Shown: positions 8,887-17,960 of the stretch, piece by piece
Layout: each line of letters starts with the position of its first letter
Position numbering within the stretch: the first letter of the stretch is position 1
NCBI RefSeq assembly: GCF_008805035.1
Contig: NZ_CP038018.1
Location: 1,682,564 to 1,714,563 of the forward strand
DNA: 32,000 nt
DNA from: Eikenella exigua
Lineage (GTDB): Bacteria > Pseudomonadota > Gammaproteobacteria > Burkholderiales > Neisseriaceae
Direction: 5' to 3'
Program-made: the position numbers and the translations under genes
Notes under the pieces: model-generated
Seen by the model: only the letters and a program-made list of their open reading frames with translations
Told to the model about the DNA's origin: nothing
Database searches by the model: none

Positions 8887-9657
8887 ATGGATACCCCGTC
8901 TCCCGAACTCGTTTCCAGCCCCACCCCCCAGCCCGTACCCGCCGCACCGCCCGCCAAAAAACGCCCCGGCCTGCTGCGCCGTTGGTTTAAGCGCCTAGTG
9001 TGGAGCATCATTCTCTTGCTGCTGGGCTTTCACCTGTTGGTTTTTCTGCTCTTAGCTTATTGGAAAGGCCAGCCCGTGCACACCAGCGCCTTTATGCTGC
9101 GCCACAACCTCTCCACCTTTTCCCGCGTGCAGCAAACCTGGGTGGACGACAGCCAAATTGCCCGCGTGGTGAAACAGGCGGCCATCGCCAGCGAAGACGC
9201 CCAGTTCAGCAACCACGACGGCTTCGACTGGAACGGCATCGAACACGCCATGCGCCGCAACCAGCGCAGCGGCACCATCCGCGCCGGCGGCTCTACCATC
9301 AGCCAACAGCTGGCCAAAAACCTGTTTCTGTTTGCCGAACGCTCTTATGTGCGCAAAGCCGAAGAAGCCGTGATTACCGTGATGATGGAAAGCATGTGGA
9401 ACAAAGAGCGCATCCTCACCGTGTATCTGAACGTGGCCGAATTCGGCGAAGGCATTTATGGCATCGAAGCCGCCGCCCAGCATTATTACCACAAGCCGGC
9501 ATCCCGCCTGCGCGCCGGTGAAGCTGCTTCCCTCATCGCCATGCTGCCCAACCCCAAATACTTCCAGCAACACCGCAACGACCGCCGCCTGCGCAATAAA
9601 ACCCGCATCATCCTGCGCCGCATGGGCAGCGCCGATTTGCCGCCAGACGAAAAGTAG
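8887..9657 (+). CDS. mtgA: Monofunctional biosynthetic peptidoglycan transglycosylase
   Basis: GT51 motifs ASEDAQFSNHDGFD, RAGGSTISQQLAKNLFL and RKAEEAVITVMMES are present, with an N-terminal TM anchor. ATG 8887 is preferred over in-frame TTG 8881. Confidence 0.9.
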   Translation: MDTPSPELVSSPTPQPVPAAPPAKKRPGLLRRWFKRLVWSIILLLLGFHLLVFLLLAYWKGQPVHTSAFMLRHNLSTFSRVQQTWVDDSQIARVVKQAAIASEDAQFSNHDGFDWNGIEHAMRRNQRSGTIRAGGSTISQQLAKNLFLFAERSYVRKAEEAVITVMMESMWNKERILTVYLNVAEFGEGIYGIEAAAQHYYHKPASRLRAGEAASLIAMLPNPKYFQQHRNDRRLRNKTRIILRRMGSADLPPDEK

Positions 9658-9672
9658 TTTGTGTCTATTATT

Positions 9673-9715
9673 AAAGGCTACCTGAAAAACCCATTCCGTT
9701 TTTCAGGTAGCCTTT
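9673..9715 (+). terminator. DUS-pair hairpin terminator after mtgA
   Basis: AAAGGCTACCTGAAAAACCCATTCCGTTTTTCAGGTAGCCTTT. Confidence 0.6.
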
Positions 9716-9917
9716 AAGCTGTGTAGTACCGCTTGGTGAGATATGCTGCCGTACCAAACTGCCACAGTTTTCAGGTAGCCTGCCGCAGGAAATAGAGCAG
9801 TCGCTGTAAAGTGATGCAATTTGCTTTACAATCCTATCGCAGGTAAAGTGATTCGGTCTGCAAAGAATTGGCGGCGGCAATCCTGCCCGGCCGCCAGCAA
9901 CTAAAAGGAGTGGCAAA

Positions 9918-10361
9918 ATGTATCAACGGATTTTCGTTCCGATAGACGACAGCAAAACCTCTCTCTACGCCCTGGAACAGACCTGCCGGCTGGCCAAGGC
10001 AACCGATGCCGTGTTGGTGGCCGTGCACGTGGTGGATTTAACCGATCTCAAGCGCGAAGCCAGCCGCCTGCCTAATTCTGAAGAGCTGTATGCGGCCGAA
10101 ATGCAGGTGGCCGACCATGCCGAAGCCGTGATGAAACAGGCCGGCGTGAAATATGAAGTCTCCACCTTGGAAAACGACGGCATGCGTATTTCCGACGTGC
10201 TGATTAAAGAGGCCGTGCGCCAAGAGTGCGACCTCATCGCCATGGGTACCCACGGCTTCTCCGGCCTGCTGCATCTGTTGATGGGCTCCGTGGCCGAAGG
10301 CGTGCTGCGCCAAGCCCCCATGCCCGTGCTGCTGTTCCGCCGTCCGGACAGTGAAGCCTAG
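9918..10361 (+). CDS. Universal stress protein (UspA family)
   Basis: 147 aa. MYQRIFVPIDDSKTS... and the C-terminal DLIAMGTHGFSGLLHLLMGSVAEGVLRQAPMPVLLF are classic Usp motifs. An AAGGAG SD lies upstream. Confidence 0.85.
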   Translation: MYQRIFVPIDDSKTSLYALEQTCRLAKATDAVLVAVHVVDLTDLKREASRLPNSEELYAAEMQVADHAEAVMKQAGVKYEVSTLENDGMRISDVLIKEAVRQECDLIAMGTHGFSGLLHLLMGSVAEGVLRQAPMPVLLFRRPDSEA

Positions 10362-10372
10362 CTTCAATATAT

Positions 10373-10414
10373 TTTCAGGTAGCCTCCTGCCCACGCAGAA
10401 AGGCTACCTGAAAA
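10373..10414. terminator. Inverted DUS pair after the usp gene
   Basis: TTTTCAGGTAGCCT-cctgcccacgcaga-AAGGCTACCTGAAAA. Confidence 0.5.
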
Positions 10415-10460
10415 CGTCATCTAAATACTCCACAACCTTAACCCAAATGGAAAACGTCCT

Positions 10461-11630
10461 ATGGCAATCCCCGCTTACAACGAAGAGATGAAAAAATTCA
10501 TCCACGGCCTGCTCAACCACCTGGTGCAGAGCAAAGGCTCCGACCTATTCATCACCGCCGGCTTTCCCCCGGCCATGAAGCTCGACGGCAAGCTCACCCC
10601 GATTACCGACAAACCGCTCACCGCCGACCACACCGCCCTCATCGCCCGCGCCCTGATGGACGACAAACAGGCCGAGGAATTCGACAACACCAAAGAATGC
10701 AACTTCGCCATCAGCTTGGCCGGCGTGTCCCGCTTCCGCATCAACGCCATGGTGCAGCGCGGCGCCGCCGCCCTCGTGTGCCGCGTGATCACCAGCCAGA
10801 TTCCCAAGTTCGACAACATGAACCTGCCGCCGATTTTGAAACAGGTGGTGATGGAAAAACGCGGCCTCGTGATTTTCGTGGGCGGTACCGGCTCCGGCAA
10901 ATCCACCTCCCTGGCCGCCATGATCGACTACCGCAACGAAAACAGCCACGGCCACATCATCACCATCGAAGACCCGATCGAATTCGTACACCCGCACAAA
11001 AACTGCATCATCACCCAGCGCGAAGTGGGTGTGGACACCGAAAACTGGTTTGCCGCCCTCAAAAACACCCTGCGCCAAGCCCCCGATGTCATCCTCATCG
11101 GCGAAATCCGCGACCGCGAAACCATGGACTACGCCCTGGCCTTCGCCGAAACCGGCCACCTCTGCATGGCCACCCTGCACGCCAACAACTCCAACCAGGC
11201 GCTCGACCGCATCATCAACTTCTTCCCCGAAGAGCGCCGCACCCAGCTTTTGAACGACCTCTCGCTCAACCTCAAAGGCTTCATTTCCCAGCGCCTCGTG
11301 CCCAAGCCCGACGGCAAAGGCCGCGTGGCCGCCGTGGAAGTACTGCTCAACTCCCCGCTAATTTCCGAGCTGATTTTGAACGGCGACATCCACGGCGTGA
11401 AAGAAATCATGGCCCGCTCCCGCGATTTGGGCATGCAAACCTTCGACCAATCCCTGTTCGACCTCTACGAAGCCGGCCACATCGCCTATGAAGATGCCCT
11501 GAAAAACGCCGACTCGGTGAACGATTTGCGCCTCAATATCCAGCTCAACAGCAAACGCGGCCGCGACAACGACAAATCCGGCATCGACAGCCTCTCCATC
11601 GTCGGCATGGACGAAGCCGGCGAAGCCTAA
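10461..11630 (+). CDS. pilU: Type IV pilus retraction-family ATPase PilU
   Basis: Walker A GGTGSGKST, PDVILIGEIRDRETM, TGHLCMATLHANN, ECNFAIS and GMQTFDQSLFDLY are present. The 389-aa length with a C-terminal extension resembles PilU rather than PilT (recalled alignment to P. aeruginosa PilU). Confidence 0.78.
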   Translation: MAIPAYNEEMKKFIHGLLNHLVQSKGSDLFITAGFPPAMKLDGKLTPITDKPLTADHTALIARALMDDKQAEEFDNTKECNFAISLAGVSRFRINAMVQRGAAALVCRVITSQIPKFDNMNLPPILKQVVMEKRGLVIFVGGTGSGKSTSLAAMIDYRNENSHGHIITIEDPIEFVHPHKNCIITQREVGVDTENWFAALKNTLRQAPDVILIGEIRDRETMDYALAFAETGHLCMATLHANNSNQALDRIINFFPEERRTQLLNDLSLNLKGFISQRLVPKPDGKGRVAAVEVLLNSPLISELILNGDIHGVKEIMARSRDLGMQTFDQSLFDLYEAGHIAYEDALKNADSVNDLRLNIQLNSKRGRDNDKSGIDSLSIVGMDEAGEA

Positions 11631-11723
11631 GGCGGAAAAGGCTACTTGAAAACAGCAGTTCGAATGCTTGTACCAAACACGTAATCCACAACGAAGTTAA
11701 AGTAAATAACCCGGCTGCATAGG

Positions 11724-11755
11724 AAAAGGCTACCTGAGATTTTCAGGTAGCCTTT
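11724..11755. terminator. DUS-pair hairpin (AAAAGGCTACCTGA-gat-TTTCAGGTAGCCTTTT)
   Basis: Near-perfect palindrome lying between pilU (+) and the hemA remnant (-). Confidence 0.6.
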
Positions 11756-11789
11756 TCCTGCTCAACAACCAAGCTTTCAAGAAAGTGCT

Positions 11790-12091
11790 TTATCTAGAAT
11801 TTAGTTCATACACCTGTACCAAGGCTTCGGTTTGGTAGAGATAGAGGTAGGGCTCCAGCGTGCTCTGGAAATCTTGCGGTAGTCGGCCAGCCAGCGCACA
11901 ATATCGTCCGGCTCGCCCACGCAATAGAGTTCGGTGCGGTTACAGGTGGACAAAATCACGGCTTCTTCAGCCGTGCGGCTACCCACCAGCTCACGCAATG
12001 TTTCAGGCAGCGCGGCGGCAGCAAAAGCCAACCACTCACGTATGCTCAACGGAGCGGTTTGGTGGTTCAAGCCGATGGCGGTAAGCTGCAT
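11790..12091 (-). pseudogene. hemA: Glutamyl-tRNA reductase (hemA) N-terminal remnant, frameshifted and 3'-truncated
   Basis: MQLTAIGLNHQTAPLSIREWLAFAAAALPETLRELVGSRTAEEAVILSTCNRTELYCVGEPDDIVRWLADY is the HemA N-terminus. After ADYRK the homology continues in another frame (FQSTLEPYLYLYQTEALVQVYELNSR*) and then stops. Intact HemA is roughly 415 aa. Confidence 0.72.
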
Positions 12092-12218
12092 GGCGGATTA
12101 TCCCAAAAACCGAAACTGCGCTATTATAGCCAAACCGCACTGGATGGTGAATAAAATTTTTTAATAACTTCAAGATAGTAGTGTTTGTCAGTTAGCAATT
12201 TTCAAAAAGGAGAAACAG

Positions 12219-12851
12219 ATGGATTTGCACAATATCCGCGAAGACTACAGCAAACAGGAGCTTTCCAAGGCCGATTGCGCCAATACGCCGCTGCCGCAGT
12301 TTGAAAAATGGCTGAACGAGGCCATCCATTCTGCCGCTAAAGAGCCCACCGCCATGAGCGTGGCCACGGTGGACGAAGTCGGCCGGCCCAACAGCCGTAT
12401 CCTGTTGTTGAAAGAGGTAAACGACCGGGGCTTTGTGTTTTTCTCCAACTATCAAAGCCGCAAAGGCCGCGCGCTGGCGGCGCATCCGTTTGCCGCGCTC
12501 ACCTTTTTCTGGCCGGAGCTGGAGCGGCAGGTGCGTGCCGAAGGGCGGGTGGAAAAACTGGACGCTAAATCTTCAGATGAATACTTCGCCAGCCGCCCCT
12601 ACACCAGCCGCTTGGGCGCGTGGGCCAGCGAGCAGAGCAGCGTGATTGCTGGTAAAAGTATCATCGTGGCACGCGCAGCGGCTGAAGCTGTGAAACACCC
12701 CCTGCACGTACCGCGTCCGCCGCACTGGGGCGGTTATCTGCTGATTCCCGACCGGATGGAATTCTGGCAAGGTCGTCCCAGCCGCCTACACGACCGCATT
12801 CAATATCGGCTGGAGGGTGATAAGTGGATTAAAGAGAGGCTTGCGCCTTAG
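12219..12851 (+). CDS. pdxH: Pyridoxamine 5'-phosphate oxidase
   Basis: 210 aa. [33 protein letters not shown] and [27 protein letters not shown] are present. An AAGGAG SD lies upstream. Confidence 0.93.
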   Translation: MDLHNIREDYSKQELSKADCANTPLPQFEKWLNEAIHSAAKEPTAMSVATVDEVGRPNSRILLLKEVNDRGFVFFSNYQSRKGRALAAHPFAALTFFWPELERQVRAEGRVEKLDAKSSDEYFASRPYTSRLGAWASEQSSVIAGKSIIVARAAAEAVKHPLHVPRPPHWGGYLLIPDRMEFWQGRPSRLHDRIQYRLEGDKWIKERLAP

Positions 12852-12866
12852 TTTGGCTGTATAAAT

Positions 12867-12908
12867 AAAGGCTACCTGAAAATGGGTTCACACTTTTCAG
12901 GTAACCTT
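12867..12908 (+). terminator. DUS-pair hairpin after pdxH (right arm GTAACC variant)
   Basis: AAAGGCTACCTGAAAATGGGTTCACACTTTTCAGGTAACCTT. Confidence 0.55.
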
Positions 12909-13085
12909 ATATTCTGAACTTCCGCATAAAATTCCTGCGTACGCACTTAATGCAAAATATCAGCATAGCTGGCTTCGTTGATGAGAAAGACGGTGTGACA
13001 AGTACGTGCATTCGATTTCGTGCATAGTAACATCGTTATCAACAAAGAAGTTGATTTTTCAGATAGCCTGAAACAAAGCTAAAGC

Positions 13086-16000
13086 TTAGTTACCTAACCT
13101 CTCCCACTCCTTCAACAACCTTTTCACCGACACTGGATACGGTGTCTTCAATTCCTGCGCGAACAGCGACACTCTCAATTCTTCAATCATCCATTTAAAC
13201 ATGGCGAGGTCGTCTGAAACGGGTTGTCCTTGTTTTACCAAACCGTCGGTTTTTTCCTGCCACATTTGTTCCAATTCCTGTATGTCGGCTTCGCGGGATG
13301 CGTCGCGGTCGGGGTTGCCGCTGTATTTTTCGAGGCGCAGGGTCATGGCTTTGAGGTAGATAGGGAGGCGCGGCCATTGTACCCACGGGGTACGGGTGGC
13401 GAAGCCGGCGGCGAGCAGGGTTTGCAGGCGTTGGCGCAGGAGGTGGGTGAGCGGGTGTTTGCCGAGTTTGCCGTTCAGTTCGGCGTAGGCAGCGGCGGTT
13501 TCCTGCAGGTAGCGGCTGAGGGCTTCTTTGACGGCAGGTAGGCGGCTGCGGGCGCGTTTGATTTGTTCTTTAAAGGCTTTTTCGTTGCGCGGCAGCTCGT
13601 CTTCGCCGATAAAGGCGCGGTCGCAGACGGCTTGGGTGAGGTCGTCGCGCAGGGTGTCGGCGTTGATGTGTTTGAGCAGCATGGCGGCTTGGGTGAAGCC
13701 TTGGATGCCTTTGTTCAGGTCTTTAACTTGTTCTTTTAGTTGTAGTTTCATGAGTTCGATCACGCCTAACCTGTGGGCTTGTTCGGCGGCGGCGGACGTG
13801 TCGAACAGGCGCAGGGCGATGCGGCCGTCTTTTTCTTTTTGCAGGCCGAGGTAGCCGGTGAGCTGTTGTTTGCCGCGGGCGAATTTGATGGATTCGGGCA
13901 GGGTGCCGATGTCCCATGTGGTGACGTTGTCGCGCTCGAATTCTTGGGTGTTGTCGCGGAAGGTGGTGGCGGCAGCTTTGCCAAGTTGTTGTTGGATTTG
14001 GATTAAATCGCGCCCCATGGCTAATTCTTGCCCGCCGTCGTCGATGATGCGGAGGTTGAAATAGCAGTGTTCGGGCAGTCTGAACGCGGCCCTTTCGTCT
14101 TGGTTGATTTGCTCGAGTATGCGGATGTCGCCTGCGGTTTTGGCGATGGCTTGGGCGAGTTGGGGCAGGATGGGGGCGTTGCGGTCGGGGTTTTGGTTTA
14201 AAAATTGGGTGATGAATTCGGGCACGGGCACGCAGATGCGGCGGATTTGCTTGGGCAGCGCTTTGATTTGCAACTGGATTTTTTCGCGTATCATGCCGGG
14301 CACGAGCCATTCGAGGGCGGCGGGGCTGATGCGGTTGAGGACGGTGAGCGGCAGGGTGAGGGTAACGCCGTCGAGCGGGTGGTGCGGCTCGAAGCGGTAG
14401 CTGAGTTTGAATTTGCCGTCTGCGGTTTGCCAGAATTTGGGGAACTGCTCTTCGGTAATGTGTGCGGCGGCGTGTTGCATCAAATCGTCGCGACTGAGGA
14501 ACAGCAGGCGCGGATTGTCGCGCTCGGCAGTTTTGAGCCAGGCTTGGAAGGTGCGGATGTCGGCGAGGGGGAGGGGTTTCAGACGGCCTTTTTGGGGTGC
14601 AGGCTGCTTTTTGGGTTTGGGGTCGGCTGAAACTGAAACATTTTGTAGGGTGTGTGAACTCGGTTCACGCACGCGGTTATTTGTATCTTTGGAATCCGCG
14701 TGCGTGGCTTGCGCCACACACCCTACGTTGTGCTTTTTAGATTTTAGGACATCTGCTGCATCCGCTCGTGCCAACAAAATGAGTTCGTCGGCAGTCTCAG
14801 CATCGGGATAGTGCACCAAGCCTGCTTCGTCAAATTGCGCCATTACGCCGCTTTGTAATGCCGCCCATTCTTCGGCGGAACCGATGGACGGGTCGCATTG
14901 CTGCTCGGCAATCAAGGCAACGATTTTGCCGTGCCATTGTTTGCTGTCGATAGTTACACGGTCACCCAGCAGTATTGGTTGACCGTCGGCGTAGCATAGG
15001 GAGTTTTCAGGTAGCCTTTGAGCTTTGGGGTCGTCTGAAATCGTTGAAGCTGCGGCACTCTGTTCCCTCTCCTGTGGGAGAGGGATTGCTGAGATTGCAG
15101 AAAAGTTGGTTTGTGCGGCAACTGTTTTGCCCTCTCCCCGACCCTCCCCCACGGGGGAGGGGGTAGTTTGCTGGGCGGCGTAGGTTGGATTGTCAAACCT
15201 AATGGTTTGTGCAGTTTCAGCGGGTGTTGAGTCTGCAACCTGACCTACGGTGTTACCGTGATTTTCATTTTGGCGAAACTTGCAATGCTCGTTTTCAGAC
15301 GACCTCTCGGCTTTGTCAGATTCAATAATCCGTACGGAGTCTTCGCTTCCCCAAACGCTGCCTTGCGCGTCTTTCCAAGCCATGTCGGGCAGCCGTTCGT
15401 GATAAAACGCAAACAGCGCTTCGTCATCGACCAGCACGTCTTGCTTGCGCGATTTGTGTTCGAGTTCGGTAATTTCCTTAATCAGCTTTTTGTTGTGGAC
15501 AAAAAAGTCCGCTTTCAAATCGCATTCCTGTGCCACCAGCGCGCTGCGGATAAAGATTTCGCGTGCTTCTTCGGGGGCAATTCTGCCATAGGACACGGGG
15601 CGGCGCGGCAAGACGGTCAGGCCGTAGAGCGTTACCCGTTCGCTGGCGATGACTTCACCGCGTTTTTGTTCCCAGTGCGGCTCGAAATAGTGGTAGCGGA
15701 CGAGGTGCGGCGCTTCCTGCTCGATCCATTCGGGCTGGATGGCGGCCACATCGCGGGCATAAAGTTTCGTTGTTTCAACGAGTTCTGCCGCCATCACCCA
15801 TTTGGGTTTGGCTTTGAACAGGGCGGAGGCGGGGAAAAGGTGGAAGCGGCTGCCGCGCGCGCCGGTGTAGTCGTTGCCGTCGGGCGATTTCATGCCGACG
15901 TTGGCGATGAGGCCGGTGAGCAGGGCGCGGTGGATTTGTTCGTAGCCCGCTTCTTTGGCAGCGCGGATTTGGGCGCGGTGTTGTTTCTTATCCAGTTGTT

Positions 16001-17876
16001 TTTGTTTGAGTTTGGCGGATAGGTCTTGGTCGCCCGCATTTTCAGACGACGTGAGCTGCCTGACTTCGGGAGGCCGTCTGAAAGCCGCTTCCTTGGTGGT
16101 CAAACCCATTTCAATCGCGGTTTGGGCAAGCTGGTGGTGCAGCTCGCGCCACTCTCGCATCCGCAGGTGCGACAGGAAATATTGGCGGCACCACTGCACC
16201 AGCTGCTTGTTGGACAAACCTTTGTCGCGCTCGCGCTGGAAGCTGTCCCAAATGTTCAGATAGGCAAGGAAATCAGACTGCTTGTCGGTAAAACGCTCGT
16301 GCGCCTTGGCGGCGGCATCGCGCGCTCCCAGCGGCCGCTCGCGCGGGTCTTGAGTCGACAGCGCGGACGCAATCACCAATATTTCCGCCATGCAGTCGTG
16401 CTTCTTTGCCGCCAACAAAATGCGCGCGATTTTCGGGTCGATGGGCAGGCGCGCCATTTGTTCGCCGAGTTTGGTCAGTCCGTTATGTTCATTAACCGCC
16501 CCCAATTCCAACAACACCTGAAACCCATCATTGATATACCGCGAATCGGGCATTTCTAAAAATGGGAATGCTGCCACGTCGCCGAGTCTCAATGCCGCCA
16601 TGCGCAGGATGACGGCGGCTAGGTTGCTGCGGACGATTTCGGGGTCGGTGAATTCGGTGCGGCTATTGAAATCTTCTTCTGAAAACAGTCGGATACACAC
16701 GCCTGCAGAGACGCGTCCGCAGCGACCGGAGCGTTGGCGTGCGGCGGCTTGGGAGATTTTCTCTACATGAAGCTGTTCCACTTTCGCCCGTGCGGAATAG
16801 CGTTTGACGCGCGCGAGGCCGGTGTCGATGACGTATTTGATGCCCGGCACGGTGAGCGAGGTTTCGGCGACGTTGGTCGCCAGCACAATGCGGCGTTTCG
16901 CGCCTGAGGGGTGGAAGATTTTGTGCTGTTCGGCGTGCGACAGGCGCGCGAACAGGGGCAGGATTTCGTCGTTGCGGCGCAGTGTGGATTTGCGCAGGGC
17001 TTCGGCGGCTTCGCGGATTTCGCGTTCGCCCGGCAGGAACACCAAAATATCGCCTTCGCCGTGTCGCGCCAATTCGTCCGCCGCATCGACAATCGCATCC
17101 GTCAGCTCCACTTCTGCGTCGTCTTCGTCTTTGCTGGTCAGCGGGCGGTAGAGGATTTCGACGGGATAGGTGCGTCCGCTCACTTCCAGCACGGGCGCGC
17201 CGTTGAAGTGTTGGGAAAAGCGTTCTGCGTCTATGGTTGCCGAGGTGATGATGACTTTCAAGTCGGGGCGGCGCGGCAGCAGCTGTTTCAGGTAGCCTAA
17301 GAGGAAGTCGATGTTCAGGCTGCGTTCGTGCGCTTCGTCGATGATAATCGTGTCGTAGGCGGAGAGATAACGGTCGGTCTGGGTTTCTGCCAGCAGGATG
17401 CCGTCGGTCATCAGCTTGACGCAGGCATCGCGCGAGGTGTGGTCGGTAAAACGCACTTTATAGCCGACCGCGCTGCCGATTTCTGATTTCAATTCTTCGG
17501 CAATCCGCTCTGCCACCGAACGCGCGGCCAAACGGCGCGGCTGGGTATGCCCGATTAGCCCCGCCGCCCCGCGTCCGAGTTCCAAACAAATCTTGGGCAA
17601 CTGCGTGGTTTTGCCCGAGCCGGTTTCGCCGCAGATAATCGTTACCTGATTCTCGGCAATGGCTTTTTTGATTTCTTCGAGTTTTTCGTGAACGGGCAGA
17701 GTGCTGTCGAACTCGGGTTTGGGCAGTTTGGACAGGCGTTGCAGATAGAGGTCGTGCGATTTTCGGTATTTTTCTTCGACTTTGGACAAGCCGCCGTATT
17801 TGTTGGGATTTTTGAAGGCGGATTGCAGAAAGTGACGGTCTTTGGAGAGGATCTGGGAGAAATCTTGCTGCGGCAT
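13086..17876 (-). CDS. hrpA: ATP-dependent RNA helicase HrpA (DEAH-box), unusually long at 1596 aa
   Basis: GETGSGKTTQLPK, IIIDEAHERS, SATID, TNVAETSLTVPG and QRSGRCGR are present, and HrpA-specific C-terminal regions can be followed to the end. It is a single intact ORF. Confidence 0.9.
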   Translation of the reverse strand: MPQQDFSQILSKDRHFLQSAFKNPNKYGGLSKVEEKYRKSHDLYLQRLSKLPKPEFDSTLPVHEKLEEIKKAIAENQVTIICGETGSGKTTQLPKICLELGRGAAGLIGHTQPRRLAARSVAERIAEELKSEIGSAVGYKVRFTDHTSRDACVKLMTDGILLAETQTDRYLSAYDTIIIDEAHERSLNIDFLLGYLKQLLPRRPDLKVIITSATIDAERFSQHFNGAPVLEVSGRTYPVEILYRPLTSKDEDDAEVELTDAIVDAADELARHGEGDILVFLPGEREIREAAEALRKSTLRRNDEILPLFARLSHAEQHKIFHPSGAKRRIVLATNVAETSLTVPGIKYVIDTGLARVKRYSARAKVEQLHVEKISQAAARQRSGRCGRVSAGVCIRLFSEEDFNSRTEFTDPEIVRSNLAAVILRMAALRLGDVAAFPFLEMPDSRYINDGFQVLLELGAVNEHNGLTKLGEQMARLPIDPKIARILLAAKKHDCMAEILVIASALSTQDPRERPLGARDAAAKAHERFTDKQSDFLAYLNIWDSFQRERDKGLSNKQLVQWCRQYFLSHLRMREWRELHHQLAQTAIEMGLTTKEAAFRRPPEVRQLTSSENAGDQDLSAKLKQKQLDKKQHRAQIRAAKEAGYEQIHRALLTGLIANVGMKSPDGNDYTGARGSRFHLFPASALFKAKPKWVMAAELVETTKLYARDVAAIQPEWIEQEAPHLVRYHYFEPHWEQKRGEVIASERVTLYGLTVLPRRPVSYGRIAPEEAREIFIRSALVAQECDLKADFFVHNKKLIKEITELEHKSRKQDVLVDDEALFAFYHERLPDMAWKDAQGSVWGSEDSVRIIESDKAERSSENEHCKFRQNENHGNTVGQVADSTPAETAQTIRFDNPTYAAQQTTPSPVGEGRGEGKTVAAQTNFSAISAIPLPQEREQSAAASTISDDPKAQRLPENSLCYADGQPILLGDRVTIDSKQWHGKIVALIAEQQCDPSIGSAEEWAALQSGVMAQFDEAGLVHYPDAETADELILLARADAADVLKSKKHNVGCVAQATHADSKDTNNRVREPSSHTLQNVSVSADPKPKKQPAPQKGRLKPLPLADIRTFQAWLKTAERDNPRLLFLSRDDLMQHAAAHITEEQFPKFWQTADGKFKLSYRFEPHHPLDGVTLTLPLTVLNRISPAALEWLVPGMIREKIQLQIKALPKQIRRICVPVPEFITQFLNQNPDRNAPILPQLAQAIAKTAGDIRILEQINQDERAAFRLPEHCYFNLRIIDDGGQELAMGRDLIQIQQQLGKAAATTFRDNTQEFERDNVTTWDIGTLPESIKFARGKQQLTGYLGLQKEKDGRIALRLFDTSAAAEQAHRLGVIELMKLQLKEQVKDLNKGIQGFTQAAMLLKHINADTLRDDLTQAVCDRAFIGEDELPRNEKAFKEQIKRARSRLPAVKEALSRYLQETAAAYAELNGKLGKHPLTHLLRQRLQTLLAAGFATRTPWVQWPRLPIYLKAMTLRLEKYSGNPDRDASREADIQELEQMWQEKTDGLVKQGQPVSDDLAMFKWMIEELRVSLFAQELKTPYPVSVKRLLKEWERLGN
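14645..14726. repeat. ~82-bp compound imperfect palindrome (REP/MITE-like) embedded in-frame in hrpA
   Basis: Outer arms are GTAGGGTGTGTG (14645-14656) and CACACACCCTAC (14715-14726). Inner arms are CACGCACGCGG (14666-14676) and CCGCGTGCGTG (14696-14706). Confidence 0.65.
15063..15161. repeat. Two short GC-rich hairpin repeats (TCCCTCTCC-tgtg-GGAGAGGGA and CCCTCCCCC-ac-GGGGGAGGG) inside hrpA
   Basis: The palindromes are at 15063-15084 and 15142-15161. They encode the low-complexity peptide ...SPVGEGRGEGK... typical of translated palindromic repeats. Confidence 0.6.
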
Positions 17877-17960
17877 TTGGCTGGAGAAAGTTGAGAGAAA
17901 ACAAAAGAAGTAATTATAGCAAAAAGTGCTTGGCTATTTGGCGGAAGGCTATGGCAAGAA

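Larger units (their letters stand above)
14565..15383 (-). other. In-frame ~273-codon insertion in hrpA relative to E. coli-type HrpA
   Basis: The segment lies between ...FYHERLPD and ADIRTFQAWLK..., which are nearly contiguous in E. coli HrpA as I recall it. It contains palindromic repeats plus eik-, AG- and muc-type DUS. The boundaries are approximate. Confidence 0.5.

Noticed and set aside
10545-11491. Several 200-260-aa alternative-frame and antisense ORFs inside pilU
   Set aside because: Their translations are Arg/Pro/His- or Gly/Val-rich and overlap a gene with complete ATPase motifs. They are GC-skew artefacts.
12909-13085. Possible small RNA or tRNA in the convergent pdxH-hrpA gap
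   Set aside because: There is no cloverleaf-compatible arm structure and no promoter/terminator pair. Only a degenerate DUS (TTTTCAGATAGCCTGAAA) and weak short repeats are present.
13723-14310. 195-aa Arg/Pro/His-rich ORF and similar ORFs inside hrpA
   Set aside because: These are alternative frames of an intact helicase gene, and their composition is not protein-like.
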